This document shows positions 35,621-48,788 of a DNA stretch of 64,000 nucleotides, in pieces. The position numbers were made by a program, and so were the translations under genes. Source of the stretch: Azolla caroliniana. Lineage: Eukaryota > Plantae > Polypodiophyta. Numbering within the stretch: position 1 is the first letter of the stretch; every line of letters begins with the position of its first letter. The stretch covers positions 806,001-870,000 of the forward strand of contig JBHGNT010000005.1 in the NCBI GenBank assembly GCA_043228905.1, written 5' to 3'. The notes beneath the pieces are model-generated. The model searched no databases and was not told the origin of the DNA. It saw nothing but the letters and a program-made list of their open reading frames with translations.

Positions 35621-38600
35621 AAGGATCCATGGCTAGCCATTGCCTTACACAAGACAGGCTTCGGAAGAATTGTCGTTTCCTTTCCATCTATTTTGTATTT
35701 TGTAGCTAATATGCCTTTTTAAAAATTAATGGAAGGATATGTTGTTTAGAAAAAAAAAGAATGGGTAATATAAGTCTTCATAGGAAAGTTAGTCGCATCT
35801 TTTCACATTACAGTGGTTTAAGGATGCTCAATCACACAAATGACCCTCGAGTAAAGGATAATAGATGAACATGCGATACCATTCACATTCCATGTCGCTG
35901 AATATCGCCTTATGCTAAGTTGAGATGAACCAAATTGAAAGAAGAGTGCTTTGCCTCATCAACAGAGTCTCATCAATGTCTCATGCCCGAGGTCTCAAGA
36001 TGTCATAATGAAGAGTTAGTGAGCCCCTTTTATATTTTAGGGGACTCTTAAGGCATTCAAATAGAGGATTCTTTTAAAACTCCAAATTATGTATATATAT
36101 ATCCTAAACTCAAAATATATATCTGAGGAACTCTACAGGCATCCAAATATAGAATTTCTCTAAATCTCCAACTAGACCATGTCTTAAAAACTTTTATTAC
36201 ATGTTTGCCCAAGCCTTAGTGTCTCTATAGGACGGGTCATACATGTGTGTCCTTACTAGGGGAAGACTTTGTCAAGTCAAAGTTGATGAAGGTTTTACTT
36301 ACCTTCCAATATCTAAGATGATTTATTCCAGTGTTTAATAATTTTGGTAGAAACATTAATAATCTTTTGAATTCTATTTTGTAGAGGATTATACTCAAGA
36401 TACCAACATCACGTTCACACTCATTCGATAGGAAATGGGTTCATTAGTTCACCTTGAGTTTGCTTTTCTTTTCTTTTCCCGTATACTTCATATGCCAAGC
36501 CTTGACTTTGTTACTATGGAAGACTAGGGAACATTAAATTTGGCTCTCCTCGAATCACAATAGCCATGGGGTTTCCAATTTATTGAAAACTACCACAACA
36601 AACTACCTCTTAATCGCCTCATATGATTTGCGTAATTTCTATAATGGGACTATACACCTAAATACACAAATGATTATGGAGCAAGATGATAAACATGTCG
36701 ACATTAGGTTTTCCAATGATGCATTGTACTTTGGGTGAAATACGAAGCAACTAACTAGCTAAAGGTTTACTTATTTTGGCCAAAAGAATGAGGTGGCAAT
36801 GATAAATGGAAAGGAGCTCTATAGAGACACAAGTTCATAGGGGTTAATTAGTTGTTACTATGAGGATGCATTATGTATGTAACCTTGGCGGTAGCTTCCA
36901 ACACAATTCTTTGTTATATTTACATTACTTGTAGAATGAGGAGCAAGGGACAAAGTGTCGAGTAGACATTATAGTGATTACAACCACACTCAAAATGAAA
37001 GAGAGTAGGTTTGAAATGGCATGTCTGTAAGTTGTAGGAAATAAAATCGAGTTTTTATGACGAATTGCTTGAAGAAGCTAAGTTACTTTCAATCGAGGAG
37101 CTTACGATTGTGGGGTGGGATATCTATCTAACCGAATGGTCCAAAGTTCCCAAAATATTGTCAATTGGATCAGGAAATAGGCATTGCTTCATGATCTACC
37201 AAATAGCCAAAAGTGTTTCTCGAACCTTCACCATGTAAATTCTTTGATCGTGGATATATAATATAGTAGTGGACTCCATTGTATACTTTCCATGCTCCCC
37301 GTTGTCGTGAAGATTCCAGGCCATAGGGGGAAATGTCACCAAATGCGTGGGAACGCAAGTGTGCAAAAGTGCACCCCCTTTTTGTACTAATTTATGTAAA
37401 TACTAGGTGTTGGTAGGTTTTGTGGATTACTAGGAAGTTAGGCACTATTAGAGGATTTTAATATTGCGTAGGTAGGGGGGGTGGGGGGGGGGGGGGACAA
37501 AGAGGAGATAGCAAGAGCACATCAAGAAGAGAATCTAGGATGGAATATCGAGGGGTCATTAAACCTGATGTAACGACTGCTCCTTGTGCTATAAAAGGGG
37601 TGGCCTTAGATTGTTTGAGGGATTGATATCATTGAGGAGTAGAAGATGCTGCCGAACAGGAAGAAGTAGCTCACTCTCTCGGTCTCTTCCGAACCTCTAC
37701 GACTAACCCCTGGAAGGAACCCTCGGCTCGTGTCAGACGCCTGCGCGCACCTGGCCAGAGGTCCCCTTTTTCGTGTGTTTGCTCTAGAGCTTGAAGCTTT
37801 GTTCCCGGATCTGACCAGTTGTATTCCCTGTGCTTCACGCATGCGTCCTAACAACTATTGTTAATCTATTCTGTGGCTTTACGTTGTTTTTTTTTCCTAC
37901 TGTGTCATTCTCGTGTTGCTATTCTCTCGTACAACATTGAGTTTGAAACCTACGACCACCTCATTCCTACTCCTCTTTGTCTGTTCACGGTGTTTGTGTG
38001 TACGCGACGCGTGGAGCTCTTCTTGCTTTCTTGATTCCTTGGTTCAAAACCCTCGTGGTCCCGCCCCGTTTCTACGCATCCGCGCGGAATACCACAACAT
38101 ATTTGGTGAACCCGACATGAAACAGGGGCGGCAAAGGAATCTGAAGATGAGAGGGAGCGAACTCGCCGAAGCGATAGCGGTGGTTGTAGACCTCCTAGTT
38201 AGCGCTCGTAAGGGCATGAGTGCCCTTGATAGGACCATAGAGGCAACGGTCAACAAGATAGGCCGGTTCAGTGGGAAAGACGCCATAAGTTACCAGGAGG
38301 CCTAAAAGTCCGAGATGCAGATGAGGATAGATGACTGACTGGGTTTCCTCAGGTCGTGAGGTGGAGCATCCATGCAGAAGTGCTCGAAGTACAAGCAGTT
38401 GCCGCGATTGGGCGGACTTCGTGGAGCGGATTCTCAAACGGTACAACTTCGATGACTCGCTCTGGTTGTCGAAGAAGGCTTTCATGGATTGGGTTGACAG
38501 CCCTATCAAAGGTCACGGTTTACGCAGCTCTCCACACTGGACCGGACCGTGCTTGACACGAGCAAGGTCTTGCTCTTTGTTAAGTTGTTCGACTTGCTCG

Positions 38601-40338
38601 AGCACGATAATGTGGGTCTCCTTTTAGAGATGAATGACGGAGTCACGATCGACTGGGCTATGGTCAAAGGGGTGTGTGGCCGGATTGACAAGTGCAGAAA
38701 CTGGAAAGAGAAGGGGTCCTCGACAGTCGGACCGACTGTCAAAACAAGGGCCAAGCCGATGCCAACCCGAACGGAAGAAACGAGAAGGTGGCTCGAGGCA
38801 GGCCCGACCCTGACAAACGTGGTCGTGGGACATCTGGGGGCGCGGCTCTAGAAGAGCTGACAAAAATGGTACGTGATCTCCAGATTGCTCAGGCCCGAAG
38901 GGGCGACGAAGGCCAACCCCGCGACCGGCGGCTACCGGCCAACCAAAGGTGTATATGGTGTGATGCCCTCGGCCATGCTTGGAGAGACTGTGCCAACTTT
39001 GGCGAAGCACTAAGGAGCAACATGGTGTACCTTTGGAATGGCAGGGTGCACGCGAGCGACACATGGAGAATGCTTGAAGTAAACACCAGACGAGGCAGCA
39101 TGAAGAGGTTGATGGAGGAGGCCGCGACGCAACACATTGAGGCTATCCACTACTCGTCCTTGGCTGGCATTTGCGTAGGTGCAAAGGCGGCTAGCGCTGA
39201 TACAAACCCTGGGTTTTGGCTGGTGGTACTAGAAACCTTCTCCAAAAGAAGGCTAAAGAAGGAAGAAGCTGACCGTCCTGAAAAACGAGTACGCGATGTC
39301 ACTGGATGGAGCGACCTGGTTGAGGAAAGTACCGGCTTTGTGGAAGCCGCGTGCCAGAACTACGAGGTTCTGGTCGACGATAAGTGGGCCGGAAAGACCG
39401 GAGGAGCGGGCCCTTCCGGGAGGTATGACACACGGAGCAGACCCATTCAGGACAAGGAGAAGGCCAAGGTTCCGAGCTTTCGGTTAAGCTCGGAAATCGA
39501 GAAAACAATGGACCTACAAAAGGTCTTGGAGGAGCTAGTCCTCGATAGTCGCATAGAACTCACACTGAGAGAAGTGCTAGGCATAGTAAGGAGAGAGTTC
39601 CATGACAGCATCGTGGATCTCATATAAAGGAAGCGTCTTGCGACAGAGCTGGAACCAGAGAAGCCGGTTGAAGTAAGGGCGGCGCTGCTCGACGAAACAG
39701 CCACGGAGGACGAGCTTGCGGAAAGCCACTATACAAGGCCGCATTGGGCAAGAGCAACGATAGAAACCCCGGTTCGTATCGGGGATGTGAAGCAACCAGT
39801 GGTGGCGTTGATTGGCCACGGGTTGGAAATTAACCTAATGTCCATGGACTTCTACAAGAAGGGGAAATGGTTGATCAACACCAAGCACGGTTGGAAGATA
39901 CGTGCGGCTACGAGAGCCACGAAAGAGTTGCACAAGGCTTGTCCGAATGTCAGAGTAAGTGTCAGGGATGTCGAGATAGACCAACACTTTTTCGTGCAAG
40001 AGGCATCTTCCCATCCGGTCATCCTTGGAGAGCCATACATCACGACAGCTCGAATGGAGACCAAAGTGCTAGACAATGGTTCGGCCTACGCAAGGGTAAA
40101 GAGTCAGGACGGCCGTCACTCCGTCCAGTTTTGGACAGTACGACAAAATCATGAGCGTAATCGGGACATCCTTAGCAATAACGGCCGAGAGGATTTTTAC
40201 GCGTGGGGTCGTGGTAGTCCGGACGATTGGAACAAACCCCACACCTGTACAATAAGAAGGATAATTTTGTTCTCCAATAACGGAGGTTGTACCATAACCG
40301 GCATTAGCGGCCGAGAAAAGAAATGAGCCAAGGCGCAC

Positions 40339-43300
40339 TGTCGCGTTGTTATGCGCGTGCGTGTAGAAGGGGCGGGACCACCGGGGTCTCGGACTAGGGA
40401 GTAGAGGAGAAAGAATAGGACATGATATGGAGGCTTCGCTCAAGAGGAGAAGAGGAAAGAATAAGACCACGACATAGAAGGAGGGATCGGTGGAGGCAAG
40501 ATGTTCAACAAGTGATATTAAAACAACGAATGGTTACAACAATGGTGGCCGCCATGGCCACACCAAACGACTATAAGAAAACCCTAAAGGAAAACCCAAG
40601 AAGAAAACCCTAACTGAAACCCTAAAACCGAATAGGAAACCCTCGACCTAAGTGGTATGCCTCTCTCCCTCAAAATAGGCAACCCTTCATAAGTGACCCC
40701 TCCCTTCCTTTTATAGCCCAAGGAGGGAGGGACCTTACAATGTGGGATAAAATTTCCCCTCTCTTTCTATACACCATATCCTAGTTTACATCTGCGCATG
40801 TAGCACACCATTGACTTGCCCTTCCCACCCCGGTTTCCGCCTATGGACGAAAATCTTCACGACATCCACCCCCACCAAACCGCACATCCACCGGTATGTG
40901 CCAAGAAAGGAAAAGGGTGAGAGATTTCGGCGACGGTGATCAATCGGGTCTTTCGCCTTACCGGCACCCAACCGTCTTGCCGGTCCCTTGCCGGCGCCGA
41001 TCCGTCTTGCCGGCTCCTTACCGGCCCCGACCCGTCAGCTCCATCTAATCCACCACGTCCACCGTGTGTCCCCGAACCGGCGGCTCCATCCGAACTGCCA
41101 TATCCACCACACGCGCCTTCCTCCCCGGTCGGTCCTCCCGAACGCCATTGCCGATCCGGTCACTCTTTCTTTGTCTGCCACGTAGGTTCTCCGATTAGGC
41201 CCTTGGTCACCCCGTTTGCTCGCCAGATGCTGCCCCTCGCATACCGCTTGTGTTCTATCTCTGGCTCGATCCTCCCTTCGTCTCGAACACCTCGTGCCGA
41301 TTCCCTCCGTTTCGCGCTCACCTTCCGTAGGCTCTTTCTGTGGGCCCTTGTTGTCTCCCGAACATGCGCTCGTTCTTTGGTCCCTCGACGACCTCATTAC
41401 ATGCTCCTCGCTTCTCCGTTGCAAGCCGTGCTCTCTCCCCGTAGAGCGTACCGTCATCCCGACCACCATGTCAGTGTCCTTCGCGACTCCCGTCACCGCT
41501 TCATCCCGTCTCTCGTCCTCTTGGCCCGCTTGGCCTCGCATGCCTTCCGGGACGCCACGCTTCCGGAGCCCGTTGCACTCCACGCACCTCCTCCAGTTCT
41601 CAAGACATAGCCTTCCATGCTCGCCGATCATCCTCGTGCTTGTCGTTCGGCCCTTACGCGGCCACATCGCACGTCTCGCACTCCGCTCGCTCTACGTACC
41701 CTTTCGAAAAGGCACATTGCTTCCCCAACATCCGTGTCTATGCTCTCGTCTTCGGTGTCCTCCGCAACCTCCGATGTTGCCGCTTCGCCCCGAGGTACAC
41801 CCTCTTGGTCCGCCTCGCATGTCCTCCGGATGCGCTCCGGATCTCTCCGGTCGCACTCCGGTTTCCGCCCTTTGCTTGCCGCTCCTTTGGTTTTATCGTC
41901 TCCGCATGTCGAACACCTCGGTGTGTTGACTCTTCCCACTCTGCGCTTGCCTTCCGTAGGCTCTTCCCATGCGTCGATGTTGTCCCCCGAATATGCACTC
42001 ATTCTTTGGCCCTTAGGCGGCCCCATTCCGCATTCCTTGCCTCTCCTTTGCCCGTCGTGCTTTCTCGCCTTAGAGCGTACCGTCATCTCGACCTCCATGT
42101 CGGTGTCCCTCGAGGCTCTCGTTATCGCATCGCCTCGACTTGCGCCCTCTTGGCCCGCTTGGCCTTGTATGCCCTCCGAGAAGCCGCCACGTTTTCTCTT
42201 CCCGATGTGTACCCCGTTGTTCTCTGCGCATCCCCTCCGTTTTCCTAGACACAATCCTTCGTTCACACCGATCACGCCCGTCTCGTTCTGTCGATCTTGG
42301 CGTCTCGTCGCACCGCCCGTCGTCCCGCGCTTGCCTCTCGAAGGCTTCCTCCGACCGTCATCGTCGGTCACTCGTTGCGGCTCTTCCGGGTGCATGCTTG
42401 CTTCTTGGCCCTTCGCCGGCCGTAGTGCACGCTCCGTTCTACGCCGTAATGCATGCTTCGTGTTATACGCTTCCCTCGTTGTAGTCCCGACCTCCGCGTC
42501 GGCCTCTTTGTATTTCGTTGCCGTAGCCCCTTTCGACTCCGGCTTGCCGTCTTGGCCGTGCTCGTCCGCCTTCACGCACCGGGTACCCGTTCCGGTAGCC
42601 TCGTCTGTTCCGGTCTCCGACTCCTCATCGCCTTCCACCGTCTCTTTGGTCTTACGTCGATCCGCAACCGCCAAAGTCTCAAGAATAGGCGAGGAGGGTC
42701 CCTCTCGCTCTTGGCCTCCCACCGAGTCGTACTCCTTGTGCATGCTTGGCCTCCTTCTCGTGCTCACCGGCTCCCACCGGGTGTTGTGGCCCGTTCACCT
42801 CGACCTCTAATCATGCCAACTTAGCCTTCGCCCGGATTGGTCTCGGCCGATCGAGTTCCGGTTTGGTCGGCTCCCTTCCGTAATCGTAACCGGCCGGTAC
42901 ATGTTTGTCCGAACAAATCCGGCCTTGCCGACTCTTCTTCGGTTCGGGCCTGGTTGACCAGACCCTGCTCCAATCTTCTTCTGCGTCGTCTTCTGGTCGT
43001 GTCGGATTATCGACCGGTTCATCTTCCGGTCAGGTCGGTTCCCGACTCTCTCCTCTTTGCCGCTCCCGACCTCTCCGTCGGTTCTCTGGTATATGCCCGT
43101 TCCGGGCCTCGCATCCTTATCTTCGTACGTGTTTGCTCCGGGCCACGCCTCCTCACGGCCACCGCCCTTCTCTCCGGTCTTATGTTGGCATTCGAGCGCA
43201 ACCGCCGTAGTCTCCGATCTCGGTGTCGAGAGGTCTTGCCTCCGTCCGCTATGACCTTCCTCGTCGTCGTTTCGATCGTCCGCTTTGCCGCCGCCACCTT

Positions 43301-45167
43301 CCGTCTCTCCGGTCTCACGTGGGCTCTCGAGGCCGACCACCGAAGTCTCTAGAATAGGTGTGGGTAAGGTCCCGGCACCTCCACTCGTCGTTGCTGTAGC
43401 CGCCTCCGTCCGGACGTCGTTGTCCACGGCTCCCCCATCTCTGATTCCGCAAGCCTCGATTATGCTTGCCGCCCCTTCTTCCTCGCTTTCCTTGCCGTTG
43501 TCTTGGTTGCCCTCCTTGTTGCCGCCACCGCCCGTCGCTCTAGGTCTCATGCCGACACTCGGGCCGGCTGCTGGAGCCTCAAGGACCGGTGTGGGTAAGG
43601 ACCCGGCACCGCCGCTCGTTGTGTCCGTAGCCGCTTCCGTTCGAACGTCGTTGTCCACGGCTAACCCGCCTCCAATCGCGCAAGCCTCGATTACGCTTGC
43701 CACCGTCTCTCCCATGCCGTCGTCTCAGGTCCTCGCCTTGCCGCTGCCACTGTCTGTCACTCTAGGTCTCACACCGGCTCTCGGGCCGGATGCCGAAGTC
43801 TCTAGGACCAGTGTGTGTAAGGTCGCGGCACCGCCGCTTGTCTCCTCCTCACTCGATGTTTCGGGCTGCCATGTTCCGAATCCGTAGTTACAGGCATCCA
43901 TGGCCATCCCTTCACCGCAAGGCAAGAGGGTCGCTTGCTCCGCACCCTCTCCTATGTCGCCGTCATACGCTCTCCCGGCCTCCGTATAGGCCCCGTCTTC
44001 TACGTCTAGGGAGGCTTCTTCCTCCGCATCCTCCGTTCGCCTCCATCCCGTCTCCATAACAAGCCCTTCCTCGGCTCTGATTTTCGCCTTCACAAGCTCG
44101 CATGCCTCCCGTATTAGCACCTCTAGGTCGAGCTCCTCCGAACCATTTTGCCTTGAGCTCTCTTCCGGCGATAGTGCGTACTCACTCACCGCTCTCTCTT
44201 CTCTACCGTTCGCGGACCACGTTGTTGCCGACCGCGCCCCATCGGGTTGCCGGCATACCCACTCCGGTTTCGCGTATCCATACGCTTCCAATAGAGCTCC
44301 CACGAAGGACTCCCATGACTCGTGAGCTTCTCGTAGCTCCTTGACGTCCTTGTGCACCGATACGGCTGCCACTCGCGGAAAATACTCTAGTCGCATCGCC
44401 TCGTCCACGCCCCCTTTCGCCATCTCGGCCTTGTAGGCTCCCAAAATTTTTAGGACCTCATTCCCATTGAACCGGCCGACTCGATCGACCACCCTTTCGA
44501 CGGCTTGTTGAGCCGCATCTCGCTTCACCATCTTCCGTCCGGCTTCCATCACAATCTTTGCCATCATCTCCTCGAAGTCAAAGTCTTCTTCCATCTCCAT
44601 GCTCCCTTGCCGCCCTTCACGTCAGGTTCACCAAAGATGTCGCGTTGTTACGCGCGTGCGTGCGTGTAGAAGGGGCGGGACCACCGGGGTCTCGGACTAG
44701 GGAGTAGAGGAGAAAGAATAGGACATGATATGGAGGCTTCGCTCAAGAGGAGAAGAGGAAAGAATAAGACCACGACATAGAAGGAGACATCGGCAGAGGC
44801 AAGATGTTCAACAAGTGATATTAAAACAACGAATGGTTACAACAATGGTGGCCGCCATGGCCGCACCAAACGACTATAAGAAAACCCTAAAGGAAAACCC
44901 AAGAAGAAAACCCTAACTGAAACCCTAAAACCGAATAGGAAACCCTCGACCTAAGTGGTATGCCTCTCTCCCTCAAAATAGGCAACCCTTCATAAGTGAC
45001 CCCTCCCTTCCTTTTATAGCCCAAGGAGGGAGGAACCTTACAATGTGGGATAAAATTTCCCCTCTCTTTCTATACACCATATCCTAGTTTACATGTGCGC
45101 ATGTAGCACACCATTGACTTGCCCTTCCCACCCCGGTTTCTGCTTATGGACGAAAATCTTCACGACA
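40339..45167 (-). mobile_element. Non-autonomous (pol-less) derivative of the Trp-primed Gypsy family, nested in antisense orientation
   Basis: Highly similar LTRs at 40339-40864 and 44638-45167; PBS TGGTGAACCTGACGTGA (minus strand, ~44617-44633); PPT GGTGGGGGTGGA; gag N-terminus ORF 43725-44600 (AVERVVDRVGRFNG...FPRVA..SVH). No PR, RT, RH or IN motifs were found. Confidence 0.88.
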
Positions 45168-46360
45168 TCGCTTAAAGGCATGCCGAGCCTTAGGCCATGA
45201 CAAGGGAATTGGCAACGCCGTGGAGGCGGTCTCATTTGATGACACCCTTGGAGAAATCGAGAGGGTAATCGAAGGAGGTCTAAGTGAAGACCGGGTCATA
45301 CCAGTTAACTCAGTCGAGATGTACGAAGTCATTGCGGACTTCAAAGGGGACATCGGGCCGCATCGGACCGCCCGCGTAAACACCAATTACAAGACTGTGG
45401 ACCAAAAGGTGAAACCAGTCGCGGCTCCCTTGCTGAAGGGCAGCTGGGAATGAATAAATAGGGCCGCTACCGACCCAAGCGTGCGAGATCCGGCCGGCAT
45501 AGGACATCGGTTCACCGAGAAGACATTGCGGGAGCTGAAGATAGGTGGGGGTGGCTTCCTACTACTGGCAGAAGTGGACCGGTTCAGGAGGATGCTCGAG
45601 AGGCACCGTAAAGCCTTCAAATTCTCGTTGAGAGAGATCGGGTGGGTTGACCCGACTATTGTCGAACCAATGGTAATCTTTACGGTGCCGCACGTGACAT
45701 GGAGTCTCAAGCCAATTCAGGTACCGAGACCTCACATTCCGTGTTGATGGAGCTTCTTAAGCAGAAAGCCACCTGTCCGGGCCATATGGTCCAAGGCCGT
45801 CCCCGGCAAAGGTAGAGGCCATCTCAGTAATGAAAGAGGAGTGTGGATCTGTCACGGAGATCTGGCGTTTCTTGGGAGCATGCACCCTCTACCACATCTG
45901 GATACCACACTACGCGCATGTCGCCGAGCCACTCTATGGCTTGTTGAAGAAAGGTAGGAATTTTGAATGGGCCGAAGAGCACACAAAGGCAGTCTGGAGA
46001 CTATAACAAATGCTTACAACTGCACCGGCTTTATGGAAAGTTGTATACAAACCGGATACTCCGGTTTACATCACGGTGGGCACCAGCCCGACTTGAAACG
46101 GATGGGTCATGAATAAGGAGGATGAGAACGACACACGTTTCCCCATCCGGTTCGGCACGAAGGTATTGAGCGAGTGACAACGAGGATACGCCCAGGTCAA
46201 GCGCGAACTATGGGGTATCGTTTCGGCGGTTAAGGTCGACAAGGACTGTAACTTAATCGGGACAGAAGTGATTTTAGAGACGGACTGCCTACCGATCCTC
46301 GGTATGGTTTCCAGATGTGCAACTCCTGACCTGGCCATGCTCAGATGGATTGCATACATT

Positions 46361-47020
46361 TGTTGGGAATATGTCCCTCCAGTGGGAGGATGATCCGACT
46401 GTTTGGGAAGCCGACATTTGAAGAGTTGAAAACAGTGAGTCGACTATTTGAGAATTTGACTATTATTATTATGGTAATAATAATGATGATGTGTGGAAAC
46501 AAGTCCCTCCAGATGGGAAAGAGAGAGGAGCCGAGTTGATGAGTGACTCGGCCGAGGCCGAAACCAGAATCGTGTATATATCCAACTCGGGAGACTATAC
46601 TTGTAAATAGTCTAAGTGTGCGCCCCATGAGGGCTACGTATGTAAATCACCAGAAGTTGCGTAAGAATATATGCAACTAGGGAAAACTTTTAGCGTGTGA
46701 GGAACGGAGTTAGAAGTTGTAGTGTGCAGGAGAGTGTGAAAAAAGAAGGAAGAGTCGTGCCATAGTTGTGTGTGTAACAACAGACGTGAAGAGCCCTGTG
46801 CGGCTGATACACTCAACAGAGTGTTGTAATCTTCTCTGTATTGTATATCCACTATACTATAGTGAAGAATCTATTCACCCATGGTTTTTCCCCGTTTTAG
46901 GGTTTCCACGTAAATCTCTGTGCACTTTTGTTTATCTTGTCTTTTCTGGCATTTCTCCAATTCGTATTTCAGCGCGTAGTTTGTTCATTGTGATTTGTAT
47001 TCCGCATCGATTTCTCAACA
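46361..47020 (+). mobile_element. Copia (Tork-like) solo LTR interrupting the Gypsy RNaseH region
   Basis: TGTTGGGA...TCAACA ends; shares TGTAAATAG and GGTTTTTCCC..TTAGGG.TTTCCACGT blocks with the LTRs at 17691 and 14159. The host reading WIAYI|KSLNPE resumes after it. The TSD is not clean. Confidence 0.75.
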
Positions 47021-48788
47021 AACAAGTCCCTAAACCCGGAAATACGGCACATTTCCGGAAAAGACAACGCCATGGCTGATATGCTTTCCAGAGCGAGGTT
47101 CGAGAATGAGGACGGCATAGTGTCGGAAGATGAAGAAGTTGGCGCAGACTTCTTCAAATCAGCACACATGAAGGTAAATAGGCGAAGCACTCCGCCCTTG
47201 AATGAGTTCGAGGAGGATGACTACGACGGGGAGTGGCTTGTAATCAGAAGGTTCCTAAGAACAATGATGGCGGACGCATCATGGTCAAGGGATGAAGCAA
47301 GTCAACTCCAGAAGTGGTCGTACAAGTATATCCTACGAAATGGGAAAATTTGGAGGCATTTGAAGAAGCGGAACAACGCGCTACTCCGGGTAGTAGCTCG
47401 AACTGAGAATCAAGCGAAGCTGATATCAAAGTTCCACGAAAGCCCTTGGTCTAGGCATCGGGGTATTGGTTCGAGAAGCTAAAGGATAAGTACTGGTGGC
47501 CGGGAATGTATAAAGGCGTGCACCACTTCGTGTCGACATGCGACAGGTGCCAGATGCACTCAGTGGTTTGACACCGCGATGAGCTGCACCCGACTTACCC
47601 GCCAACCATACACTTCAAGTGGATGGTCGACTTGGTGACAATGCTGATGGGAGTAGGAAAAATGCGATACCTGGTGCTAGCAAGGGAAGATCTAACAAAC
47701 TAGGTGGAGGGCCGAGCGTTGACAAACAAGACCATCGCGGCCGTGTGCAAGTTTCTGATTGAAGATGTCGTCTACCGGTACGAGTGCGTATGAAGGATTG
47801 GGGCTAATCGAGGAGAGCTGGATGCGGAGGAGGCCAAGCCTGAACTATTTGACTGACTAGGGGTGAAGTTGACCATCACAACGGTGTACAACCTAGAAGC
47901 AAACAGGAAGGTCGAGCGGGGTCATGGACCGATCGTAAAAGCCATAGTACGCATATGTGAAGGACGAGTCAGCAATTGGCCGAGACTACTCCCTTACGCG
48001 CTATGGGCGGACATGACTACTCACAGCTCGGTAACCGGGTACATGCCTGCGGAGCTTATGTTCGGGCAGAAACCCATGATGCCAGTGGGACGAACAATTA
48101 CCTCCTAGATGGTGGTCAATTGGGCCGATGAAATGAGCTGAGAAGAGTTGTTAGCGGCACGCATCCGATAGCTCAAGCAGAGGCTGGAAGACGTGGAACG
48201 GGCAACAACGAGGGTAAAAGAGGCACGGAGCATAAACAAGGCCAAGTTCGACCGGACGCACCGATTCTGGCCAAAAAAGATCGAGGAAGGCAACTGGGTG
48301 TTGGTCTATGACAACAGTCTCGACAATCAACATCGGTCTACGCGTAAGTTCACAAAACAGTGGTTCCGGCCGTATGTGGTGACTTGTGCAAACGACAACG
48401 CGACATATCATCTCGTGGAGCTCGACGGAACTCGAATGCCGACACCGGTAGAAGGGAAGCGGATAAAGGCCTTCAAAAGGCGGAACGGGACCCGACAATG
48501 GGAATCGAAAGCGATGACTCGGACCGAGAGGACGAGTAATGGCTAGCCATGGAATCCTCCATTAAACTCGCTACCTGGCGCATACCAGAGGATGTGTGGT
48601 TTGGTGGGGATGGATGTTGTGAAGATTCCAGACCATAGGGGGAAATGTCGCCAAATGTGTGGGAATGCGGGTGTGCACAAGTGCACCCCCTTTTTGTACT
48701 AATTTATGTAAATACTAGGTGTTGGTAGGTTTTGTGGATTACTAGGAAGTTAGGCACTATTAGAGGATTTTAATATCACATAGGTAGG

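Noticed and set aside
40936-43887. Long plus-strand Pro/Ser/Arg-rich ORFs (224-397 aa) as host genes
   Set aside because: They lie antisense inside a GC-rich LTR element where stops are rare, and show no domain motifs.
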